Below are positions 51,997-60,742 of a stretch of DNA of 64,000 nucleotides, one piece after another. A model generated the notes under the pieces. That model was not told where the DNA came from and did not search any database. It saw only the letters and a program-made list of their open reading frames with translations. The stretch lies in assembly GCA_964348065.1 (NCBI GenBank), contig CAYGBE010000214.1, positions 66,572 through 130,571 of the forward strand. Reading direction: 5' to 3'. The position numbers and the translations under genes are program-made. The DNA comes from an uncultured archaeon (GTDB taxonomy: Archaea; Aenigmatarchaeota; Aenigmatarchaeia; Aenigmatarchaeales; Aenigmatarchaeaceae). The stretch's first letter is position 1, and every line of letters begins with the position of its first letter.

Positions 51997-52809
51997 ATGA
52001 GTGATTCTATTTTTATAAACACTGTAGCCTTGGAACAGGCTTATATTCCTAGACTTTTGCCTTATAGGGAAGAACAACACAAATATTTGGCAGAATGTAT
52101 AAAGCCTTTGTTTAAGAGAAGAGCTGGGACAAATTTATTAATAGCAGGAACTCCAGGAATAGGCAAAACTGCTTGCACTAGATTTGTTCTTAGAAAGTTG
52201 ATGGAAAATACTGATAATATAATGCCTATTTACATAAATTGTTGGAAAAGGGATACAAGCTCTAAAATAATAAATGAAATGGCTAAATTAATGGGCATAA
52301 GAACTATGGAAAAAATATCTTCTGATGAGTTATTTGATAGGATTTTATTAAGATTTAACAAATATGCTGGCGTTGCTTTTGCTTTTGATGAAATTGATAA
52401 AGTTAAGGATTTTGATTTTCTTTACAGAATACTAGAAGACGTTTCTCATAAAACAGTTTTCCTTATTACTAATGTAAGTGAATGGGTAGCTAAATTAGAT
52501 AGAAGATTGATATCAAGATTATTGCTAGACAGAGTAGAATTTAAACCGTACAATTTTGAAGAAACAAGAGGAATTTTATATGAAAGGAGAAAGCATGCCT
52601 TTATTCCAAATGCTTGGGATTACGACGCATTTGAATTGATTGTAAAAAAGACCTTTGCTTCTAAAGATGTGAGAGTTGGTTTGTTTTTAATGAAAATTGC
52701 AGGAGAAAATGCTGAAAATAGAGGTTCTGAGAAAATAGAAGTTAAAGATGTGGAAAAAGCATTAAAGAAACTTGAAGATATGCCAAAAGATATAGGAAGT
52801 TTTATTTAG
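51997..52809 (+). CDS. cdc6: Orc1/Cdc6-family AAA+ protein lacking the C-terminal winged-helix domain
   Basis: YIPRLLPYREEQHKYL, Walker A GTPGIGKT, Walker B AFAFDEID, sensor/lid SKDVRVGLFLMKIAGENAE. Ends at 270 aa, where a WH domain normally begins. Confidence 0.7.
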   Translation: MSDSIFINTVALEQAYIPRLLPYREEQHKYLAECIKPLFKRRAGTNLLIAGTPGIGKTACTRFVLRKLMENTDNIMPIYINCWKRDTSSKIINEMAKLMGIRTMEKISSDELFDRILLRFNKYAGVAFAFDEIDKVKDFDFLYRILEDVSHKTVFLITNVSEWVAKLDRRLISRLLLDRVEFKPYNFEETRGILYERRKHAFIPNAWDYDAFELIVKKTFASKDVRVGLFLMKIAGENAENRGSEKIEVKDVEKALKKLEDMPKDIGSFI

Positions 52810-52959
52810 TAAAGCTCAGTTTTATAAATCTTTGACATTAATAGTATTTAGGCGATTACATGGAATGGGATCTACTCCAATTTGTTTAGTAGATTTTGCT
52901 AGTTCTAAGAAGGTTAAAAATAAGACCAGAGAAAGTTATCTATTAGTTAAGGTGGGTAT

Positions 52960-54078
52960 ATGAAAGATGAAAAAATGATTGTAACTCCATGGGAGGTTAA
53001 AGGCGAAATAGATTATGATAAATTAATAAAGGACTTTGGATTGAGTTTGATAGATGAAAAACTATACAAGAAATTAGGCAAACATGTAGGCAATAATCTA
53101 TTCTTAAGAAGAAAAATATTTTTTGCACACAGAGATCTAGAATTTATTTTTAAAGAATTTGAAAAAGGCAATAAATTTTATTTATATAATGGTAGAGGTC
53201 CTTCTGGACATACCCATCTAGGTCATTTAATAACATTTTTATTTGCAAAACAATTGCAAGATGCTTTTGATGTTAAATATTTGATTCAATTAACAGACGA
53301 TGAAAAATTCTTGTTTAAGGACGATCTTAATCTAGAAGATGTTGACAAATTTACATACGAAAATACTTTAGATTTAATAGCACTTGATATGAATCCTGAA
53401 AAAACCAAGATAATTTCAAACTTAAAATATGCAAAAACTATGTATAGACAAGCCTTAAGAGTTGCCAAAAAACTAACTTTTTCAACAGCAAAGGCTGTTT
53501 TCGGTTTTACTAATGATACAAATGTTGGTTCAATATTCTTCACAAGCATGCAATCTGTTCCTGCATTTATAGAATCTGTAAAACGGGGAAAGAAAATACC
53601 TTGCTTGATTCCTCATGCAATTGACCAAGACCCACATTTTAGGGTTGCAAGAGATGTTCTACCAAAATTAGGATACTATAAGCCAGCTTCTATTCAATGT
53701 AAATTCCTTCCTGGCCTAGGAAAAGGAGGAAAAATGTCAGCAAGTGAACCAGACACAGCAATATTCACCATTGATACTCCAAAAGATATTGAAAGAAAAG
53801 TTATGAATGCCTTTACAGGTGGAAGAGATACAGTAGAAGAGCAAAGAAAACTAGGAGGTGAACCTGAAATTTGTCCTGTTTATCAGTATTATTATTTCTT
53901 ATTTGAGAAAAATGATGAAGAATTGAAAAAAAGATATGAAAAGTGCAAAAGGGGTAAGGTTTTATGCGGTGATTGTAAAAAAGAACTTGCCAAAAGAATT
54001 AAAAAGTTTTTAGCAGAGCATCAGAAAAAAAGAGAGAAAGCCAAAGAAGTTATAGACAAGTTTTTGTTAGTTGATTAA
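52960..54078 (+). CDS. trpS: tryptophan--tRNA ligase (archaeal/eukaryotic type)
   Basis: VTPWEVKGEIDYDKLIKDFG, class I HIGH-like GHTHLGHL and KMSAS loop. Confidence 0.85.
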   Translation: MKDEKMIVTPWEVKGEIDYDKLIKDFGLSLIDEKLYKKLGKHVGNNLFLRRKIFFAHRDLEFIFKEFEKGNKFYLYNGRGPSGHTHLGHLITFLFAKQLQDAFDVKYLIQLTDDEKFLFKDDLNLEDVDKFTYENTLDLIALDMNPEKTKIISNLKYAKTMYRQALRVAKKLTFSTAKAVFGFTNDTNVGSIFFTSMQSVPAFIESVKRGKKIPCLIPHAIDQDPHFRVARDVLPKLGYYKPASIQCKFLPGLGKGGKMSASEPDTAIFTIDTPKDIERKVMNAFTGGRDTVEEQRKLGGEPEICPVYQYYYFLFEKNDEELKKRYEKCKRGKVLCGDCKKELAKRIKKFLAEHQKKREKAKEVIDKFLLVD

Positions 54079-55375
54079 AATGTATAAGTTGACAGACGAA
54101 GGAAAAGATTATCTAAAAAATGGATTACCAGAAAAACAATTAATTAAAACAATAGAAAATGAAAAAACTTTAGAAGAAATTTCTAAGTTTCCTAAATCAC
54201 AAATAGCAATAGGTTGGGCAAAGAAAAACAATTGGGTTACAATTGAAAATAATACTGTTAAAATAACTGAAAATGGAAAAAAAGCAATAGAAGAAAAAAA
54301 TGAAACAGAAAATGCTTTAGAAGAAATTGATAAAAAAGGTGAAACAAAAGAAGAATTGATAAAAGTTCTTTTAAGCAGAAATTTAATTGAAGAGATAAAA
54401 GAAGTTAAAAAGAAAAAGAAATCTTTTTGGAAGAGAGTATTTGGTGGGGAAAAGAAAAAAGGAGAAATAAAAGGAGAAATAGCAGAATTAACACCTGATT
54501 TAATAAAATCTGGTGAATGGAAAAACAAAACATTTAGAAAATATGATGTTAGTGCTCCTGCTCCCAAAATTTATCCTGGAAAAAAACAACCTTATGTTCA
54601 ATTTCTAGAAGATTTAAAAGAAAGATTAATAGGAATGGGCTTTCAAGAAATGGGAGGTCCATTTGTTGAAACTTCTTTTTGGAATTGTGATGCTTTATTT
54701 ATTCCACAGGATCACCCTGCAAAAAGTCTTCATGATTTATTTTACATGAAAAATCCTAGCAAAGGAAAATTACCTGATGAAAATCTAATAGCAAAAGTTA
54801 AAGCCACACATGAAGGAGGATGGATAACTGAAAGTTCTGGTTGGGGAGGTACTTGGAACAAAGAAGACGCAACAAAATTAGTTTTAAGATCTCATACAAC
54901 AGCTGTGTCTGCAAGAACATTATTTAAAAATAAAGATAAACCTGGAAAATATTTTACAATAAATAGAAATTTTAGACCAGACGTTATTGATGCAAAACAT
55001 CTTATGGAATTTAATCAATGTGAAGGTATTGTTATTGGTGAAAAATTAACGTTCAGACATTTATTAGGATTTTTGAAAGAAATTGCAGAAGCAATTGGAA
55101 TGAAAGAAATCAAATTCAAACCAAGTTTCTTCCCTTATACTGAACCAAGCGTAGAAGGATATGTTAAACATCCCACTCTCGGATGGATGGAAGTCTTACC
55201 TGCTGGATTATTAAGACCAGAAGTATTAAAGCCCTTAGGTGTGGATAAATCTCAGGTTTTAGCCTGGGGTATTGGTATTGGTAGATTGGCTATGGCTAAA
55301 CTTGGTATAAATGATATTAGAATGTTATTTTCAGAAGATTTAGAATGGTTAAGGAAAACTCCTTTGGTGAGATGA
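54071..55375 (+). CDS. pheS: phenylalanine--tRNA ligase alpha subunit
   Basis: Class II motifs: LRSHTTAVSAR, FRPDVIDAKHLMEFNQCEG, GIGIGRLAM. Overlaps trpS by 8 nt. Confidence 0.9.
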   Translation: MIKMYKLTDEGKDYLKNGLPEKQLIKTIENEKTLEEISKFPKSQIAIGWAKKNNWVTIENNTVKITENGKKAIEEKNETENALEEIDKKGETKEELIKVLLSRNLIEEIKEVKKKKKSFWKRVFGGEKKKGEIKGEIAELTPDLIKSGEWKNKTFRKYDVSAPAPKIYPGKKQPYVQFLEDLKERLIGMGFQEMGGPFVETSFWNCDALFIPQDHPAKSLHDLFYMKNPSKGKLPDENLIAKVKATHEGGWITESSGWGGTWNKEDATKLVLRSHTTAVSARTLFKNKDKPGKYFTINRNFRPDVIDAKHLMEFNQCEGIVIGEKLTFRHLLGFLKEIAEAIGMKEIKFKPSFFPYTEPSVEGYVKHPTLGWMEVLPAGLLRPEVLKPLGVDKSQVLAWGIGIGRLAMAKLGINDIRMLFSEDLEWLRKTPLVR

Positions 55376-56986
55376 ATGGTTGTAATAGAAATTGAAAAAA
55401 AGGATTTGCTTGAACTAATAGGAAAGCAATTAACAGACAAAGAAATAGAAGATACATTGTTTTCAATAAAAATTGAAGCAAAGATTAATGAAAATAAAAT
55501 TGAGTGTGAATTAAATCCTGACAGACCTGACATGTTTTCTGTTGAAGGAATAGCAAGAGAAATGAAAGGAACTCTAGGAATTGAAACTGGTGTTAAAGAA
55601 TATAATGTTGCTGATTCTGGTATTGTATTAAAGAAACAAAAAGCTGAAGTTAGACCTTGTATAGCATGCGGAATAATAAAAGATGTTGTTCTTTCAGATT
55701 ATTTGGTAAAAAGTTTGATGCAAGTTCAGGAAAAATTGCATATGACCATAGGAAGAAACAGAAGAAAAGTTGCAATTGGTGTTCATGATTTTGACAAAAT
55801 AGTTCCTCCTTTAGTTTACAAAGATGTTATTGATGAAAAATTTGTTCCATTGGGAAAAACAGAAGAAATGAACATAAAAGAAATATTAGAAAAACATCCA
55901 AAGGGTGTAGATTATGCTCATTTAGTTAAAGAAACGTATCCTCTTATTTATGATAAACAAGGTGTCATAAGTTTTCCACCAATTATAAACTCTGAAAGAA
56001 CAAAAGTTACTGAAAATACAAGAAATCTTTTCATTGATGTTACTGGAACTGATGAAAAAACTGTAGAACAAGTATTAAACATTTTGTGCTGTAACATTGT
56101 TGAAAGATGTGGAAAAATATTTAGTTTAAAGGTTAGCAATAAAATGACTCCACAATTAAAACCTAATGAAATAAGTATGAATGTAGATGAGATAGACAGT
56201 ATACTTGGAATAGGATTAAGTGAAAATGAGATAGCAGAATCTTTAGAAAAAATGAGATATTATGTTAAAAGAATGAAAGGTGGAAAATTAATGCTTGGTG
56301 TACCTGCTTATCGTTCTGATATTCTTCACAAAATTGATATTATAGAAGATGTTGCTGTTGGTTATGGTTATAATAATATAAAACCTATTTTACCAAAAGT
56401 TGCAACAATCGGACATCAGTCTGAATTAGAAAAATTCTCCAGAAAAATAAGAGAATTAATGATTGGTTTGGGATTTCAGGAAGTTTTAAGTTTTGTTTTA
56501 ACGAATAAAGAAAACAATTTTGATAAAATGAATGTAGAAGGCGAATGTGTAGAAATTTTAAACCCAGCATCTATTGAATATAACATATGTAGAAGTTGGT
56601 TGTTGCCAAACATGATGAAAATTTTAGCTTCAAACAAACATAGAGAATATCCCCAGAAAATTTTCGAAATTGGAGATTGTGTTTGTATAGATGAAAATCA
56701 AGAAACTAAAACTAAACAAATCAGAAAACTGGCTGTAGTTTTTTCTTATGACAATGCTAACCTAACAGAAATGAAATCTATTGTAGAAGCTGTTTTAAAA
56801 TCCTTAGACTATAAATATGAAATCAAAGAATACGACCATCCAAGTTTTATGGAAGCTAGATGTGGAGAAATATTAGTTAATGGGAATGAAGTGGGAATTT
56901 TTGGAGAAATTCACCCACAAATTTTAGAAAATTGGAAATTAGAAAAGCCTGTAATGGGTTTTGGAATGAAAATTGATTACATATAA
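55376..56986 (+). CDS. pheT: phenylalanine--tRNA ligase beta subunit (archaeal type)
   Basis: Starts immediately after the pheS stop. B3_4/B5 domain patterns (NPDRPDMFSVEGIAREM, VAIGVHDFDKI, YRSDILHKIDIIEDVAVGYGYNNI). Confidence 0.9.
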   Translation: MVVIEIEKKDLLELIGKQLTDKEIEDTLFSIKIEAKINENKIECELNPDRPDMFSVEGIAREMKGTLGIETGVKEYNVADSGIVLKKQKAEVRPCIACGIIKDVVLSDYLVKSLMQVQEKLHMTIGRNRRKVAIGVHDFDKIVPPLVYKDVIDEKFVPLGKTEEMNIKEILEKHPKGVDYAHLVKETYPLIYDKQGVISFPPIINSERTKVTENTRNLFIDVTGTDEKTVEQVLNILCCNIVERCGKIFSLKVSNKMTPQLKPNEISMNVDEIDSILGIGLSENEIAESLEKMRYYVKRMKGGKLMLGVPAYRSDILHKIDIIEDVAVGYGYNNIKPILPKVATIGHQSELEKFSRKIRELMIGLGFQEVLSFVLTNKENNFDKMNVEGECVEILNPASIEYNICRSWLLPNMMKILASNKHREYPQKIFEIGDCVCIDENQETKTKQIRKLAVVFSYDNANLTEMKSIVEAVLKSLDYKYEIKEYDHPSFMEARCGEILVNGNEVGIFGEIHPQILENWKLEKPVMGFGMKIDYI

Positions 56987-56994
56987 ATTTTACT

Positions 56995-58695
56995 TTAACT
57001 ATTTTTTTGTAGTGCGGCTTTAACTAATTTAAAAAACATTGGTGAAGCTTTTAAAGGTCTTGATTTAAATTCAGGATGAGATTGTGTTGCAATAAAACAA
57101 GGATGATTTTTTATTTCCATGAACTCCATCAAAACTCCATCTGGTGATCTTCCAGAAAATATTAGACCACTTTTTTCTAGAATTTCAATAAATTTGGGAT
57201 TAACTTCATATCTGTGCCTATGTCTTTCAGAAATTTTATTTTTATTATAAAGGTTTTTTATTAAACTGTCATCTTTTAGTATAGCAGGATAGGCTCCCAA
57301 TCTCATTGTTGCTCCATATTTTGATTTCCTGATTAATTTAACTTGTTCTGGAATAAAATCTATTACTGGAAAAGATGTATTAGCATCAAACTCTGTTGAA
57401 TTTGCTTTATCTAAACCACAAACATTTCTTGCAAACTCTATTACTGCTAGTTGCATCCCCAAACACAAACCTAGAAAAGGAATTTTATTTTCTCTAGCAT
57501 ATTGTATAGCTTTTATTTTACCTTCAATTCCTCTTTTTCCAAAACCACCAGGAACAATTAAACCATCTATATCTTTTAATATGTCTCTAATGTTTTTTTC
57601 AGAATCAAAATCAGAAGATTCTATCCACTTTATTTTTACTTTTGTTCCTAAATAAGGTCCTGCATGCTCCAGTGCTTTTAAAATACTTATGTAAGAATCA
57701 TGAACAAATGTATATTTACCAACTATACCAATTGTAATTTCCTTTTCTCTGTTTCTTATTTTGTCTACATAATCTTCCCAATCTGAAAAGTTTATTTCAG
57801 TTTTAACGTTTTTTGATTTTATATTTAAAATTTCAAAAACAGATTTATCTAAACCTTTTTCTCTTAGTGAAAGGGGGATTTCATAAACATTTGATATGTC
57901 ATATAAATTGTGTATTCTTTTTACAGGAACATCTGAATAAATGCTTATTTTTTCCATTACATTTTTTCCAATAGGAGCTTCTGATCTGCATATTATTATA
58001 TCTGGTTGTATGCCCAGTTCCTTAAGCTTTCTTATGCCAAGTTGAGCAGGTTTGCTTTTAAATTCTCCTAAAGATTTTGGTTTAATAATATAGGTTACAT
58101 TAATAAAACACACATTGTCTTTACCTTCTTCATATCTCAACTCTCTGGTGGCTTCTATAAAATAAGAATTTTCCAAATCACCAACAGTTCCTCCTACTTC
58201 CACCAAAACTACGTCTGCATCAGTTTTAACAGCCAAATCTCTTAAGAAATTTTTAATTTCTCCAGTAACATGTGGGATAAACTGAACATCCCTACCAAGA
58301 TATTTTCCAGCTCTTTCTTTGTCTATTATTATTTTAAAGATTTTTCCAGCAGTTAGATAGTTTTCGTTTGCTAAATCTCTGTTTAGAAATCTTTCATAAG
58401 ATCCTAAATCAAGATCACACTCTGTTCCATCGTCTAAAACAAACACCTCACCATGTCTATAAGGGTTTAATGTTCCTGCATCATAATTCAAGTAACCATC
58501 AAATTTTATTGGAGAAACTTTTAACCCATGACAAGTTAAAAGAGTAGCTAAACAGCTAGAAAAGGTTCCTTTGCCAACACCAGACATTACACTTCCTGTT
58601 ATTATTATGTATTTTGTTTTTCCAATTTGGTAATTTTTTGGGAAAGAACTATAGAATTCATGTTCTACTGAACTATCAGAAGGTTTTGGGCGCAT
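56995..58695 (-). CDS. pyrG: CTP synthase
   Basis: KYIIITGSVMSGVGKG, EVGGTVGDLE, GLCLGMQ (GATase Cys) and HRHRYEVN. Confidence 0.9.
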   Translation of the reverse strand: MRPKPSDSSVEHEFYSSFPKNYQIGKTKYIIITGSVMSGVGKGTFSSCLATLLTCHGLKVSPIKFDGYLNYDAGTLNPYRHGEVFVLDDGTECDLDLGSYERFLNRDLANENYLTAGKIFKIIIDKERAGKYLGRDVQFIPHVTGEIKNFLRDLAVKTDADVVLVEVGGTVGDLENSYFIEATRELRYEEGKDNVCFINVTYIIKPKSLGEFKSKPAQLGIRKLKELGIQPDIIICRSEAPIGKNVMEKISIYSDVPVKRIHNLYDISNVYEIPLSLREKGLDKSVFEILNIKSKNVKTEINFSDWEDYVDKIRNREKEITIGIVGKYTFVHDSYISILKALEHAGPYLGTKVKIKWIESSDFDSEKNIRDILKDIDGLIVPGGFGKRGIEGKIKAIQYARENKIPFLGLCLGMQLAVIEFARNVCGLDKANSTEFDANTSFPVIDFIPEQVKLIRKSKYGATMRLGAYPAILKDDSLIKNLYNKNKISERHRHRYEVNPKFIEILEKSGLIFSGRSPDGVLMEFMEIKNHPCFIATQSHPEFKSRPLKASPMFFKLVKAALQKNS

Positions 58696-58736
58696 ACTAT
58701 ATTATGGTTTTTGAAATTTTAAAGTTTTTGTTTTGA

Positions 58737-59507
58737 TTATCTTAACCAAAAAGTTAGCCTTTCAAACCAGCTTTTTTCCTTTCTTTTCTTTTCAGTAAAA
58801 GGCTCGCCCAATATCTTAGCTGCTAGTTTTCTAAATGCTCTGGATGCTCTGCTTCTTGGTTTGTGGTGAACAACAGGTCTTTTCTTTTTTATTGATTTAG
58901 GAACTGATGAATCTTCTGGAACCACAGTTAATATAGGCACATCTAGCATTGATTTTATTTCAGAAAGGGGCATTTCATGTTTTCTACCTTTAACCCTGTT
59001 TATAACAACTCCCAAAACTTTTGTTCCTTTTTCTTCTGCTAGTTTTATTGTTTTTAGAGCATCTGTAACAGAAGGCAGATCAGGATTAGTTACCACTACC
59101 AATTCATCAGCCAATCTCATGGCAGTTAATGCTTCTTTTCCCAAACCTGCAGCAGAATCAACTATTATTATATCAGCACTTCCTAAGAGATTTAACAAAG
59201 CACCTTCTAATTTTTCTATTTTTGTATCTTTTACTGATTCGGCTGACAAAGAAGCAGGAACAACTCTCATTCCAGTTGAATGCTCATAAATTGCAGCCTC
59301 TATAGGAGTTTTTCTTTTTAAAACATCGTGTAAAGTTATTGGATAAAATGGTATTCCTAAGTGTAAACTTAAATTTGGAGTAGTAACATTTCCATCAATA
59401 ACAATAACATTTTTACCTTTTTTTACCAAGGCTGCCCCTAAGTTGGAAACTGTAGTTGTTTTTCCGACTCCACCTTTGCCTGAAATCACAGATATAACCC
59501 TAGCCAT
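58737..59507 (-). CDS. minD: MinD/ParA-family P-loop ATPase (archaeal MinD-like)
   Basis: Deviant Walker A SGKGGVGKTT. C-terminal amphipathic tail SWFERLTFWLR. Confidence 0.8.
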   Translation of the reverse strand: MARVISVISGKGGVGKTTTVSNLGAALVKKGKNVIVIDGNVTTPNLSLHLGIPFYPITLHDVLKRKTPIEAAIYEHSTGMRVVPASLSAESVKDTKIEKLEGALLNLLGSADIIIVDSAAGLGKEALTAMRLADELVVVTNPDLPSVTDALKTIKLAEEKGTKVLGVVINRVKGRKHEMPLSEIKSMLDVPILTVVPEDSSVPKSIKKKRPVVHHKPRSRASRAFRKLAAKILGEPFTEKKRKEKSWFERLTFWLR

Positions 59508-59541
59508 ATGAAAATAATTTGTTTGACAAGAATAAAAAGTT

Positions 59542-59997
59542 TTAATTTAATACAATAATTTCTACAACAGATTCAGTTGGTTTATGTCCTTTAAATAAGC
59601 CAAACTCATTGTGTTGTGGTTCATTTTTAACAAGAACGTTGAGACTTATATTTTCAACTCCTGTGAAATTTTCAATTTCTACAAAACTTTCTCCAGATGC
59701 TACGGCATAAGTATCTTCTTTATTAGGTGAAAATCCTGCTTCAGATAATGCATCTTTTAATATTTGATAAGGACTTTTATTCCTATATAAAGCATACTTA
59801 CCAGAATCTTCAAAAATTGGTTCTAATTCTATTTGATCTAATTTTCCTAAAATTTGGTCTAATTTTTCTTTAGTCTTCTGATTATTTGAATATAGTTCGG
59901 GTGCTTTTTCTAATTGTGGAAGACTATCTAAATGTTTGAACAAATATGATGTACGAACTAAACGCTCAGTTTTTAAATTGTAATCTATTTTAAACAT
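59542..59997 (-). CDS. hypothetical protein (start trimmed to Met 59997)
   Basis: The track ORF runs to 60075 but its first 26 codons lie inside or next to the tRNA-Arg gene. MFKIDYNL... is the first Met clear of the tRNA. Confidence 0.4.
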   Translation of the reverse strand: MFKIDYNLKTERLVRTSYLFKHLDSLPQLEKAPELYSNNQKTKEKLDQILGKLDQIELEPIFEDSGKYALYRNKSPYQILKDALSEAGFSPNKEDTYAVASGESFVEIENFTGVENISLNVLVKNEPQHNEFGLFKGHKPTESVVEIIVLN

Positions 59998-60031
59998 AAA
60001 AAGAATAAAATAGCTAAAGCTTATAAAAAGG

Positions 60032-60141
60032 TGCCCTCGACGGGATTTGAACCCGCGACTTCCTGATTTCTTCATCTTGTTTCAGAACTTCTAAGTCCGA
60101 CTTAGAAGTCAGGCGCTCTATCCAAACTGAGCTACGAGGGC
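60032..60141 (-). tRNA. tRNA-Arg (anticodon UCU) with a 35-nt intron at 37/38
   Basis: Reverse complement: GCCCTCG-TA-GCTC..GAGC-G-CCTGA-CTTCTA[35-nt intron]A-TCAGG-AAGTC-GCGGG-TTCAAAT-CCCGT-CGAGGGC-A. The intron segment GACTTAGAAGT is complementary to the anticodon loop/stem. Confidence 0.85.
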
Positions 60142-60190
60142 ATAATGATTTTATTTATTAATATGATTTATAAATATAATACTGATAGCT

Positions 60191-60742
60191 ATGAATCGAG
60201 AAGAAGCCCTAGAATTAGTAAAAGAAAATGTAAACAAAGAAAATCTGATAAAACATATGCTTGCAGTGGAAGCTATAATGAAAGGTTGTGCAGAATATCT
60301 AGGAGAAGACAAAGAAAAGTGGGATTTAGTTGGTTTATTACATGATATTGATTTTGGAGTAACAGAAAATAATCCAGAAAAACATGCACTATTAGCTGAA
60401 GATATTCTAAAAGATAAAGTAAGCGAAGAAATAATAAGAGCAATAAAATCTCATAATTTTGAGCATACAAACGTTCAACCTGAAAATAAAATGGAACACA
60501 CATTAATAGCAGCAGATGCAATATCTGGATTAATAATAGCAGCTGCATTGATTATTCCTTCAAAAAAATTGGCAGATGTTAAAGTAAAAAGTATTAAAAA
60601 GAAATTTAAACAAAAAGATTTTGCAAGAAATTGTAATAGAGAAAAAATATTATATTGTGAAAAAATAGATATTCCTAGGGAAAAGTTTTTTGAAATATCA
60701 TTAAAATCACTACAAGAAATATCAGATGAATTGGGATTATAA
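60191..60742 (+). CDS. HD/HDIG-domain phosphohydrolase
   Basis: HMLAVEAIM...GLLHDIDF carries the H...HD signature. 183 aa. Confidence 0.6.
   Translation: MNREEALELVKENVNKENLIKHMLAVEAIMKGCAEYLGEDKEKWDLVGLLHDIDFGVTENNPEKHALLAEDILKDKVSEEIIRAIKSHNFEHTNVQPENKMEHTLIAADAISGLIIAAALIIPSKKLADVKVKSIKKKFKQKDFARNCNREKILYCEKIDIPREKFFEISLKSLQEISDELGL

Noticed and set aside
51945-52959. Replication origin flanking the Orc1/Cdc6 gene
   Set aside because: The upstream spacer is only 52 nt. The 150-nt downstream spacer shows no repeated ORB/mini-ORB-like elements or G-strings that I can see. There is no support beyond gene proximity.
59998-60345. The N-terminal 26 codons of ORF 59542-60075 and the plus-strand ORF 60145-60345
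   Set aside because: The extension reads through the intron-containing tRNA-Arg gene. ORF 60145-60345 overlaps, out of frame, the start of the HD-domain gene (60191), which has a recognisable H...HD signature.
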